Part shown: one piece after another, positions 48,823 through 58,614 of the stretch
How positions within the stretch are numbered: the first letter of the stretch is position 1
How the letters are laid out: every line of letters begins with the position of its first letter
Source of the DNA: Candidatus Babeliales bacterium
Lineage (GTDB): Bacteria; Babelota; Babeliae; Babelales; JACPOV01
Direction of reading: 5' to 3'
NCBI GenBank assembly: GCA_020054235.1
Contig: JAGVLQ010000026.1
Span: 505 to 64,504 of the forward strand
DNA length: 64,000 nt
The notes under the pieces: model-generated
Told to the model about the DNA's origin: nothing
The model's database searches: none
The model's input: the letters and a program-made list of their open reading frames with translations, nothing else
Program-made: the position numbers and the translations under genes

Positions 48823-49143
48823 GTGGATAATGCATTTATGGAAGAATTGTTACTAAAAATTAATAAAATTCTAAAAGAAATAAGTAATAATTTTTTAAAG
48901 AATAAAATAAGTAAAAATCTGTTTTTAGACCAAAATGAAAATTTAAGAAGCTTTAAATCAGCCTATGATGATTTAACTACGATTATAAATGAATTGGATA
49001 AAAATGATCTTCAAGATAAAAATATTGTTGAAGAAAAATTGGTTTATTTGTTAATGAATTTTTCGACAATTATCTCTTGTCTTGATCAATTTGATGATTT
49101 TATACGATTAATATTGCAAAAAATTCCGGATAAAGAAACATGA
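48823..49143 (+). CDS. Small helical protein, putative immunity
   Basis: 106-aa acidic ORF, ATGA-coupled to the next gene. Confidence 0.45.
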   Translation: MDNAFMEELLLKINKILKEISNNFLKNKISKNLFLDQNENLRSFKSAYDDLTTIINELDKNDLQDKNIVEEKLVYLLMNFSTIISCLDQFDDFIRLILQKIPDKET

Positions 49144-49490
49144 GTCTTTTAATGGGAATGTTAACAAATATTGATTTTAAAGGTGGAGAAATTCTTTTTG
49201 ATGATTTCGATATAGATTTTTCTAAGCCCTTTTCAGAGCAATTGTATTCTTTAAAAGAAGATTTATTTCAGGTTAATTATTCTAATGGAGATACATTTAC
49301 TATTGACATTGGTTGGTATCCAGAAATGGAAATTGAAGGAAACTTTATTACTTATGTAATTAAAAATTTTAATTGGGAAAAACCGTTATTCAAAGAAAAA
49401 TCAAAAAATCATAACAAACTTGTGCAAGATTTAAAAAACGCGATTGAAGTTGTTGAAAAAATTAAAAAAAGTAAAATAAAATCACTATAA
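49140..49490 (+). CDS. Putative immunity protein (EDLFQ...DIGWY family), copy 2
   Basis: IDFSKPFSEQLYSLKEDLFQV...IDIGWYPE...VIKNFNW. Clear paralogue of 48473-48808. Confidence 0.6.
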   Translation: MSLLMGMLTNIDFKGGEILFDDFDIDFSKPFSEQLYSLKEDLFQVNYSNGDTFTIDIGWYPEMEIEGNFITYVIKNFNWEKPLFKEKSKNHNKLVQDLKNAIEVVEKIKKSKIKSL

Positions 49491-49548
49491 ATTTCAAAAG
49501 ATGCTTGATAGAAGAAAATATAAACATTTTTAAAACAAGGATTTACCA

Positions 49549-50211
49549 ATGAAGGTATTGAATAAATTATCTTTTGGATTGCTTATAACAAGCTCTGTTA
49601 TCAATGCTCAAACCCAAAATACTCAAAATGAAAAATTTTCCAAATTAAAAAATACCTATGTTGCTCCATGCCAGAAACTTTATGGTAGTGCTTTAGTTGA
49701 TTGCATGGATTCTTTAAATGATGAAACGTTTTTAATACAATTGTATCTTTTAAAAGATGATAATAATCAAAGGAAACTGTTTTTTGAAAAAAAACTTACA
49801 AGTCCTGAAGAATATGAAAAGTTTTACAAGAGATTTAAAAGTGATGAAGAATGGCAGTCTATCGAAGATCAGTTTTCTCCGGAAGAACGGGCATTTTTTC
49901 CAAATATACACACAAAAAAACAACAAGAAGATGATGTGTATAGCCGAAAAGTTTGGCGTGCTGGGAAATATGTTGGTTATGGAGTTGGTGCCCTAGCAGT
50001 GATTGGCACAGGAGGTTATGGTGCTGTGTTGCTTTATAATTATATCTATGCTGCGGGAGCAGCTGCAAAGGTCGCTGAACTTGCATTAGCAGCAAAACTT
50101 GCAGCAGGAGGAATAACAGCTGAACAAGCTGCAGCAGGTGGGGCAACAATTATTGCAGGGGCACTTTGTGGAGGTAATCCCCAAAATCAACAGGAAAAGA
50201 TACCAAGTTAA
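49549..50211 (+). CDS. Secreted/membrane protein: PC-x10-CM domain plus a Gly/Ala-rich hydrophobic tail
   Basis: Signal peptide, APCQKLYGSALVDCM, tail VGYGVGALAVIGTGG...AAAGGATIIAG. Confidence 0.65.
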   Translation: MKVLNKLSFGLLITSSVINAQTQNTQNEKFSKLKNTYVAPCQKLYGSALVDCMDSLNDETFLIQLYLLKDDNNQRKLFFEKKLTSPEEYEKFYKRFKSDEEWQSIEDQFSPEERAFFPNIHTKKQQEDDVYSRKVWRAGKYVGYGVGALAVIGTGGYGAVLLYNYIYAAGAAAKVAELALAAKLAAGGITAEQAAAGGATIIAGALCGGNPQNQQEKIPS

Positions 50212-50254
50212 ATTCTACAATTTTTTAATTCAACAAATATTAGAAAGTCTAAAG

Positions 50255-51031
50255 ATGATTTTTAAAAATAGAATAACTTTTTCTAGTGTTCTCATTGGTA
50301 ATATTTTAATTAATGTCTCGTTTTTAGAGGGTGTTGTTCGACAACCTACCAAAGAAGAATTATTAAATTTAAATTTTAAAAGAGGCGATACTTTTCAAGA
50401 ATTTTTACAAAATAATCTAGAATTTCATAAAAAAAGAACATTACAAACACGTGGAATAGAGCCAACTCCCGAGAATTTGGATAAAGTTGAAGAAATTGTT
50501 AAGAAAGAGCAAGAAAAGACGTCAGAAATCCTATTACAAACTAGATCTTTTTTTGATTATAGCGCTGAAGAATTCCTATGTGAAGCTAAATATCCTCTAA
50601 TTGCTGCTGGAGCAACTCTTAGCATTTATAGTTATTTGCTACTTAAACTCTATAACGCTAAAAACTATGTCAATAAAACAACAACCTGGGCATGCTTTAA
50701 TAAAAATATTCCCATCGAGTCGTTGTATGAAATTCCACAAGAAAAGTTTTTGGCAGACCTAGAAGTGGTGATTTATCGTACCTTTTCAGAAGATGAAGAT
50801 AAGCCAAATTATCAAGATACGGAGCCGTTGTATTTGTTTGTGAAAGCGGCACAAAAAGAAATTAAGCGGTTAGAGAAATTTGTAAACTTGTATTGGTATT
50901 GCAAATTGCCTTTGATTTCATTCTTATTTCCTAATTATGATGATGAACTGATTTTGGCTCAGGAAAAAATTGAGCGGCTTTCGTATATGCAGGAATTAGT
51001 AACTAAAAAATTGTGTGAAATGCATTCATAA
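50255..51031 (+). CDS. Membrane protein with a C-terminal domain shared with 51046-51888
   Basis: Probable start MIFKNR. A transmembrane helix is followed by SIYSYL.LKLYNAKNYVNKTTTWA...LVTKKL.E.HS. Confidence 0.65.
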   Translation: MIFKNRITFSSVLIGNILINVSFLEGVVRQPTKEELLNLNFKRGDTFQEFLQNNLEFHKKRTLQTRGIEPTPENLDKVEEIVKKEQEKTSEILLQTRSFFDYSAEEFLCEAKYPLIAAGATLSIYSYLLLKLYNAKNYVNKTTTWACFNKNIPIESLYEIPQEKFLADLEVVIYRTFSEDEDKPNYQDTEPLYLFVKAAQKEIKRLEKFVNLYWYCKLPLISFLFPNYDDELILAQEKIERLSYMQELVTKKLCEMHS

Positions 51032-51045
51032 CCTTTGGGTAATTT

Positions 51046-51888
51046 ATGAAACTAAAATTTGCTTATATTTTTTTCTTCTGTTTTTTTACTGTATCTAATT
51101 TTTGTAATGAGATATCTGATGAAGATATGAAAAAAATTCTAGAAAATGAACTCAAAAACATAGAAGCGCCTTGTAGAAAATATTGGGGAGAAAGTCTTAT
51201 TAATTGTATGGAAGCAAAATATATTTATGAAGAAGCATTTAAGAAAAATATGCTTTATTTGGATGACTTTGGACAAAGAGAATATTTTTTTGAAAATACG
51301 CTCAAAGGTGTTTCTGATTACAAGAGACTTGAAATAATTTACGAAAATGACCAAGAATGGCAAAATCTTTGGGAAAAGTTTCGTGAAGATGAAAAGATAA
51401 GATTCATAAAGAAGAAAAACTACGTATTTTTAAAGCATAAATATGGCAAAATATTATTATATGGTGGTTTAGCTATAAGTATTTACAGTTACTTAATGCT
51501 CAAACTTTACAATGCTAAAAACTATGTAAACAAAACAACAACGTGGGCGAATTTCAACAAAAACATTCCTATAGAATCATTATATGAAATTCCCCATGAA
51601 AAGTTTTTGGCAGACCTAGAAGTGGTGATTTATCGTACCTTTTCAGACGATGAAGATAAGCCAAATTATCAAGATACGGAACCGTTGTATTTGTTTGTGA
51701 AAGCTGCGCAAAAAGAAATCAAACGACTGGAGAAATTTGTGAATTTATATTGGTACTGCAAACTACCACTTATTGCATTCTTGTTCCCCAATTATGAGGA
51801 TGAACTTATTTTAGCGCAAGAAAAGATCGAGCGGCTTGCATACATGCAGGAGCTGGTAACCAAAAAATTGTATGAATTGCATTCATAA
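51046..51888 (+). CDS. Membrane protein: PC-x10-CM domain fused to the shared C-terminal domain
   Basis: Signal peptide, APCRKYWGESLINCM, then a C-terminal ~135 aa nearly identical to the preceding gene. Confidence 0.7.
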   Translation: MKLKFAYIFFFCFFTVSNFCNEISDEDMKKILENELKNIEAPCRKYWGESLINCMEAKYIYEEAFKKNMLYLDDFGQREYFFENTLKGVSDYKRLEIIYENDQEWQNLWEKFREDEKIRFIKKKNYVFLKHKYGKILLYGGLAISIYSYLMLKLYNAKNYVNKTTTWANFNKNIPIESLYEIPHEKFLADLEVVIYRTFSDDEDKPNYQDTEPLYLFVKAAQKEIKRLEKFVNLYWYCKLPLIAFLFPNYEDELILAQEKIERLAYMQELVTKKLYELHS

Positions 51889-51912
51889 TACGTAAATCAA
51901 AAGGATAAATTT

Positions 51913-52359
51913 ATGAAATTAAAAAACATGTTTGTTGTGGTTTTTATACTTTCTTTTAACAGCTATGGTGCTTTAGTTGAAGGGACATGGAAAAGAAGGC
52001 TCTACACTGAATCAGAAAAAGATGAAATGTCCCCTTGCCGAAAATTTTGGGGGAAATCTCTCAAAGAATGTATGGAAAAGAAATTAAAAAATAATGAAAT
52101 ATTTATTAGAAATTTGCTTTTCTTGCATGAAGATCAAAGAGAAAATTATTTCGAGCAAACTTTAAAAACTTCTCAAGATTATAAAAAACTTGAAAGTATA
52201 TTCAATGAAACTTATTGGGAAAGCCTTTGGCAGGTTATGAGCGAACAAGAAAAAAATAAATTTTTTACTTTTCCCGTTAGCGCAGTTTTCTATGATCAAG
52301 CTTCAAGTAAACAAAAGCTAAAAGAATTAATAGCCTTTAGAGAATTATCAGAAAACTAA
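51913..52359 (+). CDS. Secreted protein consisting of the PC-x10-CM domain only
   Basis: AAGGA RBS, signal peptide, SPCRKFWGKSLKECM...QRENYFEQTLK...DYKKLE. Confidence 0.65.
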   Translation: MKLKNMFVVVFILSFNSYGALVEGTWKRRLYTESEKDEMSPCRKFWGKSLKECMEKKLKNNEIFIRNLLFLHEDQRENYFEQTLKTSQDYKKLESIFNETYWESLWQVMSEQEKNKFFTFPVSAVFYDQASSKQKLKELIAFRELSEN

Positions 52360-52398
52360 ATAGATCAACTTTGATTTTAAAAAGAATAAATTCATAAA

Positions 52399-53088
52399 CT
52401 AACTTCTATAAGCTTTCAATTCCTGTTCAATAATAGCTTTTAAAGCAGAGACGATTGGTTCAACTAACATGAGCCAATCGTTCTTTTTTTTAAGACCAAA
52501 TTCAAAGCCCAATGCTGGGCATTTAATGCCAATCAATGGTTTGAAGGGCATAGCAAAAAAACCTTTGACTTCAAATAGTTTCAGATACTGGTTTTCTTGA
52601 AGTGCTGCAATAACAAGTTCTCCATACATCTTTGAAATTTTTGCATACGCTCGATGTGCTTGATCATAACGAATAAATTGTAAGCCTTCTGTTGGATAAT
52701 CCCAAAAGTCAGTTATGGGGTCATAGATAAACTGATACAAGTACAGTTTTGTTTTTTCTTCTTGTTCTTGGTAAACATGAAAACTTAGATATAAATCTAC
52801 TCCTAAACGGTTAGCAAAATGTGCGTTTTGTAATGGTTCAATTATTTCTGCCGGTGAACGCGATAACACTACTCGAATGTTTGCAAATTCTGTCTCCAAT
52901 TTTTTTTTTAATTTTTCTGCATACTGTAAAGTAATGCCGCGTTCAAATGAATCATCAATTTCGCGTCCAGTATGCTTTGCATCACCAGCCGGTTCTAGCA
53001 TAATAGTGTAGGGTTTAGTGCGAAAATTGGGCACTATGGTGCCAAACACTGTACAGCAATAGAAAAGGATTAATTTTTTTATCGGCAT
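52399..53088 (-). CDS. N-acetylmuramoyl-L-alanine amidase (Amidase_3) homologue, divergent
   Basis: TIMLEPAG, ERGITLQYA..LK..L, V.LSR, ANRLGVDLYLSFH, PALGFEFG. Confidence 0.7.
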   Translation of the reverse strand: MPIKKLILFYCCTVFGTIVPNFRTKPYTIMLEPAGDAKHTGREIDDSFERGITLQYAEKLKKKLETEFANIRVVLSRSPAEIIEPLQNAHFANRLGVDLYLSFHVYQEQEEKTKLYLYQFIYDPITDFWDYPTEGLQFIRYDQAHRAYAKISKMYGELVIAALQENQYLKLFEVKGFFAMPFKPLIGIKCPALGFEFGLKKKNDWLMLVEPIVSALKAIIEQELKAYRS

Positions 53089-55265
53089 GTTAAATCGGTG
53101 GTTAAAAACTCTTGTAAAAATGTTTTGCGTACAATCGTTTTGTTATTTTTAACAGCCATAGCAAGTGCTTTTGGTTGTCCAATAAAGACGCATAGCTTTT
53201 TTGCGCGTGTGATGGCAGTGTAAATGAGATTGCGTTGCAAGAGCATAAAGTGCTGCATAAATACCGGAATGATTGCAATATCATATTCTGAGCCCTGACT
53301 TTTGTGAATAGAAATAGCATATGCCAACACTAATTCATTGAGTTCATCAAAGCCATATTCCACAGGATGGTTATCAAAAAGCACGTGTACCGTTTTGCCT
53401 TCAACGTCAATATCTTGAATCGTACCGATATCACCGTTAAAAACGGCTTTGTCATAATTGTTACGAATTTGCATCACTTTATCATTAATTTTATACAACG
53501 TGCTGCCAAACATTATTTGTTTATCTGTTGCGTGCGGATTGATAATCTGCTGCAAATCTTGATTTAGTTTAATAGTACCGACAATGCCCCGGTTCATAGG
53601 AACTAAAACCATGCTGTCAGAGCTTTCAAGCCGACAACGTGGATGTTGATAGGTATACATTTTTTTCAAGTGATCAAAAACATTTTCGGGTTTTTCTTCT
53701 TTAATAAAAATGAAATCTCTTTTTGTATCCGGCAACTGTGAAACAGGAAATTCACCGCGATTTATTTTATGGGCATTAATTATAATTAAACTATCTTGCG
53801 CTTGGCGAAAAATATGTTTTAAACGGATACTAGCAATTTTTTTGCTTTCAATCATATCCTTTAATACATTACCTGCACCAACAGAAGGTAATTGGTCAAC
53901 ATCGCCAATAAAAATTAAATGACTTTGCAAGGGAAGAGCTTTGACTAATGCATGAGCCAAAAAGGTATCGATCATCGAAGCTTCATCAACAATTAAAAAA
54001 TCTAATTTTAATGCGTTCTGTTCATTATGGACAAAACTCATGCTGCTTGGATCAAACTCTAATAATCGATGCAAGGTTGAGGCATGTCGGCGGGTGCCTT
54101 CCATCATACGTTTTGCAGCACGGCCTGTTGGTGCAGCCAAACGATACATTACGTTTTGTTGATCAAGAATGTGTAATAATTTTTTGATTAAGGTTGTTTT
54201 ACCTGTCCCAGGGCCACCGGTAATAACACTAACTTTATGTTGCAAGCAGGTCATGATCGCATGTTGTTGATCTTCATTAAGGCTAATAGCTTCGGTGCTG
54301 TCAGCACGAAGCGTTTGATAAATCTGATCAAGGTCAAAAGTATGTTTTGATGGTTGTGCCATAAGCGCAAGAAGCTTATTGGCAAGACCTTTTTCTGAAT
54401 AATAATATTGAGCAAGGCTTATAAAATGATGGTTATGATGCGAAATTAATTTTATTTTTTCACTATTATACAGTTCATGGAGCCCTACTTTGAGTGTTGC
54501 TTCTATATCAGTATCACTGAGTTCAAGAATTTCAATAGTTTGTTTTTTCAATTCTTCCAGTTCAACATACAAATGGCCGCTATTGGTTGCTTGGGAAATA
54601 GTATGAATAATACCGGCCTTAATTCGTTTAATAGAATCTTTTTGAAACCCAAGATTTTGAGCAACTTTGTCGGCAGATTTAAACCCGATGCCCCAAATAT
54701 CCTCAGCTAAGCGGTAGGGATTTTCTTGTAATAATGCTATAGATTCTTGACGATATTGTTTGTAAATTTTTGTTGCAAAAACTGGCGATATGCCTTTATC
54801 TTGCAAAAAAACCATAATTGTTGAAATTTCTTTTTGATCATGCCAGGCTGTTGTAATTTGTTCAATCCGTTTTGGACCGATTCCTTCAATTTCAGCAAGT
54901 CGCTCGGGAGTTTTATCTATAATATCAAGAATAGCTACACCAAAATGATCAACCATTTTTTGTGCGTAGACTTTTCCAATTCCTTTAATAAGACCCGATC
55001 CAAGATATTTTTTTAAGCCAAGAATGCTTGAGGGTAACTGTTTTTTGCATTCAGTTGCCTGAAATTGTCGACCAAATTTTGTATGCATGATCCATGAGCC
55101 GCGCAGGATTACTTGTTCACCAGGATTTATTGAAGGAATATGCCCCGTTACTACGGTTGTATCATTTGGTGATAGTTGAAGGACAAAAACACAATAGCCA
55201 GAATCAGCACTTTGAAATAAAAATTTATCAACAATTCCCTGAATTTCTTGCTGAGCTTGACTCAT
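53079..55265 (-). CDS. recD2: ATP-dependent RecD2 helicase
   Basis: KYLGSGLIKGIG, ENPYRL, GIGFKSAD, TGGPGTGKT, VDEASM, GDVDQLPSVGAG, AYAISIHKSQGSE, YTAITRAK. Confidence 0.94.
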   Translation of the reverse strand: MSQAQQEIQGIVDKFLFQSADSGYCVFVLQLSPNDTTVVTGHIPSINPGEQVILRGSWIMHTKFGRQFQATECKKQLPSSILGLKKYLGSGLIKGIGKVYAQKMVDHFGVAILDIIDKTPERLAEIEGIGPKRIEQITTAWHDQKEISTIMVFLQDKGISPVFATKIYKQYRQESIALLQENPYRLAEDIWGIGFKSADKVAQNLGFQKDSIKRIKAGIIHTISQATNSGHLYVELEELKKQTIEILELSDTDIEATLKVGLHELYNSEKIKLISHHNHHFISLAQYYYSEKGLANKLLALMAQPSKHTFDLDQIYQTLRADSTEAISLNEDQQHAIMTCLQHKVSVITGGPGTGKTTLIKKLLHILDQQNVMYRLAAPTGRAAKRMMEGTRRHASTLHRLLEFDPSSMSFVHNEQNALKLDFLIVDEASMIDTFLAHALVKALPLQSHLIFIGDVDQLPSVGAGNVLKDMIESKKIASIRLKHIFRQAQDSLIIINAHKINRGEFPVSQLPDTKRDFIFIKEEKPENVFDHLKKMYTYQHPRCRLESSDSMVLVPMNRGIVGTIKLNQDLQQIINPHATDKQIMFGSTLYKINDKVMQIRNNYDKAVFNGDIGTIQDIDVEGKTVHVLFDNHPVEYGFDELNELVLAYAISIHKSQGSEYDIAIIPVFMQHFMLLQRNLIYTAITRAKKLCVFIGQPKALAMAVKNNKTIVRKTFLQEFLTTDLTCR

Positions 55266-55271
55266 ATTTTC

Positions 55272-55943
55272 TTATTTTTTCTTTTTTTGCAACTCTAAAA
55301 ATTGTTGCCATGCACGAGGGCAGCTTTGAATCAGATCAGAAAGAAAACCTGTTAAGTCTTGGCAGAACTGATATAAATTTTCAAAACTATCGATATCGCG
55401 TCTAAAACTGTCAAACTCATGGCCATCTTTTTCTTTTGTCCAATTCAATATTAAGCTATTTTCACGATGGTGCTTTTCAGACCATTCTTTCATAAAGCCG
55501 AGAGTAATAGTTTTAACCCCACGAGCTTGTTCAATAAATGGTGTAGCAATTTTTATAAATTCATCGGTAATATGTTTTAAGAGCAATTTTAATTCTTGTT
55601 TATCTTCTTTTGCTATATAATGTGATTCGATTTCAAATTCAGCTAATGAAGCGACACAATGATGCATGTTTTGGAATTTATATTTTCCTATTTTTACTTT
55701 TGTTATAGGGTCTGGGACACCAAACATTAATTTTTCGACTTCACGTAAAATAAAAATTAATTTTCTAATTTCATGACCATTAATACCAAAAGGCGTACCA
55801 TCAACAATCGAAGGAACATTTATGGGTGGTGAACTATGATGATGAATTGGTTCTTGATGCGAATCATTTGAAGGCAATGTTGTTTGGGTACTCACAGTAA
55901 TTACAACCAGCATTGCCAATGTTTTTTTTGTATGAATCTTCAT
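55272..55943 (-). CDS. Hypothetical exported protein
   Basis: AAGGAG RBS before MKIHTKKTLAMLVVITV; helical body. Confidence 0.6.
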   Translation of the reverse strand: MKIHTKKTLAMLVVITVSTQTTLPSNDSHQEPIHHHSSPPINVPSIVDGTPFGINGHEIRKLIFILREVEKLMFGVPDPITKVKIGKYKFQNMHHCVASLAEFEIESHYIAKEDKQELKLLLKHITDEFIKIATPFIEQARGVKTITLGFMKEWSEKHHRENSLILNWTKEKDGHEFDSFRRDIDSFENLYQFCQDLTGFLSDLIQSCPRAWQQFLELQKKKK

Positions 55944-55962
55944 AAAAATCTCCTTAAATTTC

Positions 55963-57600
55963 TTAAAGAAATAGTTCAAACCGTAAACCTAAATTAAAAT
56001 CTTTACCTATACCGGAACGTAAGAACGTTTTGTCCCCATAGAACTTAACATACCAATCATATTTTCTTCCGCGTCTGAAATATGATACTGCACCAAAAAT
56101 TTTACTTTGATAGGCAGACGGTCGTTTTGCGATATCAGTACGCAATCGTTCTCGTTCTAAAGATGGTGCTGCTATTTTACCGAATTGCTCAGCTTGTTGC
56201 CACCATAAATCATAGCCAACTTGTACGTGTACTTTATTTTTTGCTAAAGATCCATTCAGTGCTGTTGATAATTTAAAAATAAACCCTGGAAAAACAAGCG
56301 TATTGAATCCTGAAGGGAAAAAAGTTTCTACAATCTGTTTTTCTAAAAAGTGTAATTGTTCTAGGGTGTTTGGCTGGTTAGGATCTAAACGAGCAAAATC
56401 TTCTGGATTTTTTTTAAAAATAAAAAATCTCCTCTCCCATGCCGGCATAAGATATTCTAAATTAGCATGAGTTCTAAATTCGAGTTTTGGTGTTACAAAG
56501 TTTCGATATTCAATAACCGGTCCAAGACCAATGTGTCCGTTATTTCCTAAACTAGTTTCAAGTAAAATGCGCGATAAACGGTCAAGAGATTGAACCAAAA
56601 AATTTGTCAAAATTTCTTCAACTTCAACCACATCACCATTGGTGATTAAATTGCATAACTGACAAAGATCAATAGTTGGTGTTGCCGCATTTTTAGAAAA
56701 ATGATTGCCATATAAACCTTTTTTGACTGCATAGGCAGTAGGAAGGGTCATTTCACCACCAAAAATAACAGAAGTATTAGGCCGATTGATGCCGAAATAG
56801 CCAAAATTTAAACGCGTATCACCAACACCAATGCGATCTGAAATAAGATGTTCACGTGCAAATATTTCTACTTCTTTTTCATCATCAGTAGTAGGATTGG
56901 TGTCATTAAATAAGGGATCAGCTTGTATTTTTTTTACTTCATCAGGGCTTAAGTAAAAATTGCGAATGAGATATTCTAGGGGCGTTCTGAAAGAAAAATA
57001 CCAACAATTTTTAAAAAGATATGATGCGCCAAGCATGATACCAGCTCTGCGTTCTTGGATTTTTAAATCTTTGAATAAATCAAGAACGCGCATGGTGTTA
57101 ATATTAGCAAAGCCGAACTGTTCAAGGTTTGGAATGTTTTCAAATGCTAAATAGGAGCTTATACCTGTTTTGCTGCGCGTAAAGTTACCTTTGTGTGTTT
57201 CATTATAGAAAAAATGAACAAAAGGGAGCCATTTTTTTTCTTGTGCCCAGCAAGGCAAGTATGAAAAAGGTCCATAATAAAATTGTGGATTATCTTGAAT
57301 GGATCGTTGATTTATAGGATGAGTAAATTGGTATAAGTCACGTTCAAAAATATTTTGTGCTTCAAGAATGCCCTCGCAATCATCTTCGCATGAGCGTGTA
57401 AATGCCCGCAATGTCCTTTCTGGTGTATACTCTTCATTTTTATAGTCCATATCATCGGGAGAAAATAAATCATCTTGGCTTTCATCTTCTACAGAGCCTA
57501 TAAGAGAGAAAAGATCATTGACTTGAAATGATTTTAGTGGAAAATTTAGAAAAAAAAATGGAAATAAAAGAATTGATAGGGATTTAAATTGTTTTATCAT
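55963..57600 (-). CDS. Hypothetical exported protein, probable outer-membrane beta-barrel
   Basis: Signal peptide, G.GDTRLN.G motif, amphipathic strands, C-terminal FNLGLRFELFL. Confidence 0.55.
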   Translation of the reverse strand: MIKQFKSLSILLFPFFFLNFPLKSFQVNDLFSLIGSVEDESQDDLFSPDDMDYKNEEYTPERTLRAFTRSCEDDCEGILEAQNIFERDLYQFTHPINQRSIQDNPQFYYGPFSYLPCWAQEKKWLPFVHFFYNETHKGNFTRSKTGISSYLAFENIPNLEQFGFANINTMRVLDLFKDLKIQERRAGIMLGASYLFKNCWYFSFRTPLEYLIRNFYLSPDEVKKIQADPLFNDTNPTTDDEKEVEIFAREHLISDRIGVGDTRLNFGYFGINRPNTSVIFGGEMTLPTAYAVKKGLYGNHFSKNAATPTIDLCQLCNLITNGDVVEVEEILTNFLVQSLDRLSRILLETSLGNNGHIGLGPVIEYRNFVTPKLEFRTHANLEYLMPAWERRFFIFKKNPEDFARLDPNQPNTLEQLHFLEKQIVETFFPSGFNTLVFPGFIFKLSTALNGSLAKNKVHVQVGYDLWWQQAEQFGKIAAPSLERERLRTDIAKRPSAYQSKIFGAVSYFRRGRKYDWYVKFYGDKTFLRSGIGKDFNLGLRFELFL

Positions 57601-57817
57601 GTTTTTATTCCAATGAAATTTATATTTTAGGGGTTTACAGGCTGAATAATAGTTAAAATTTTGTTAATATCTATTGATCTTTGTAATTTTTAAAAAATCA
57701 CTATTACATTACCAAATTTTAAATAAGACCGCAAAATATACTATTTATTTCGCCTTTTATTTTTAAGCGCGTTAAACTAAAGGATACATGTAACTATTAT
57801 GCTAAAAGGTTTTCATC

Positions 57818-58540
57818 ATGTCTAAAAAAAAAACAATGTTAACAATTTCTGTTGAAGGAAATATTGGTGCGGGAAAATCTACATTCTTGTCTCTTATTGA
57901 GCAATGGCTCGATGTTCAAATAGTTTATGAACCGCATAAAAAATGGCAAGAAGTTGGTGGAGAAAACTTGCTTGATAAGTTCTATAAAGATACTTCTCGG
58001 TGGGCCTATACTTTTCAAACGTATGCTTTTGTTTCAAGAGTAGTTGAACAAGAATTCTATGCTCGTAATGCAACGCACGCAGTACAGATTTTGGAGCGTT
58101 CTATTTATTCAGATCGCTATTGTTTTGCAAAAAACTGTTTTGATATGGCAAGCATGACAGCGTTGGAATGGAAACTTTATCAGGAATGGTTTTCATGGCT
58201 AACTGAGTCATATGTGCCAAGCTTAAAGGGTTTTATTTATTTACAAACTGACCCGAAAATTTGTTATAACCGATTGAAAAAGAGAAATAGAACAGAAGAA
58301 AAATCTGTTTCTTTGGACTATTTGACTATGATTCATGAAAAGCATGAGTCTTGGTTAATCGGCCAAAAAGACCTTGAAAAAAGCATTCAAAATGTACCTG
58401 TTTTGGTCTTAGGCTGTGATAAGGATTTTGAAAATGATCATGATGAACAACTAAAGCATATGCAAAAAATTAGTGAATTTTTTGCGATACCATTTAAAAC
58501 TTATTGTATGAAAGAAAATAATCGTTCAATCTGCTTGTAA
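57818..58540 (+). CDS. Deoxynucleoside kinase
   Basis: ISVEGNIGAGKST, YEP..KW, RWAYTFQ, ERSIYSDRYCFA, R.R.EE. Confidence 0.93.
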   Translation: MSKKKTMLTISVEGNIGAGKSTFLSLIEQWLDVQIVYEPHKKWQEVGGENLLDKFYKDTSRWAYTFQTYAFVSRVVEQEFYARNATHAVQILERSIYSDRYCFAKNCFDMASMTALEWKLYQEWFSWLTESYVPSLKGFIYLQTDPKICYNRLKKRNRTEEKSVSLDYLTMIHEKHESWLIGQKDLEKSIQNVPVLVLGCDKDFENDHDEQLKHMQKISEFFAIPFKTYCMKENNRSICL

Positions 58541-58614
58541 AAAAGCATTTTTTTGCAGTAGAATAAAATTAATAAAAATAACCGTTTATCCACTGTTTTT
58601 TGAAAGGGGTATCT

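Noticed and set aside
49140-49490. C-terminal KIKSL (and LKSKT of 4654-5691) as further PTS1 signals
   Set aside because: They do not match the [SAC]-[KRH]-[LM] consensus, and the proteins have no export signal.
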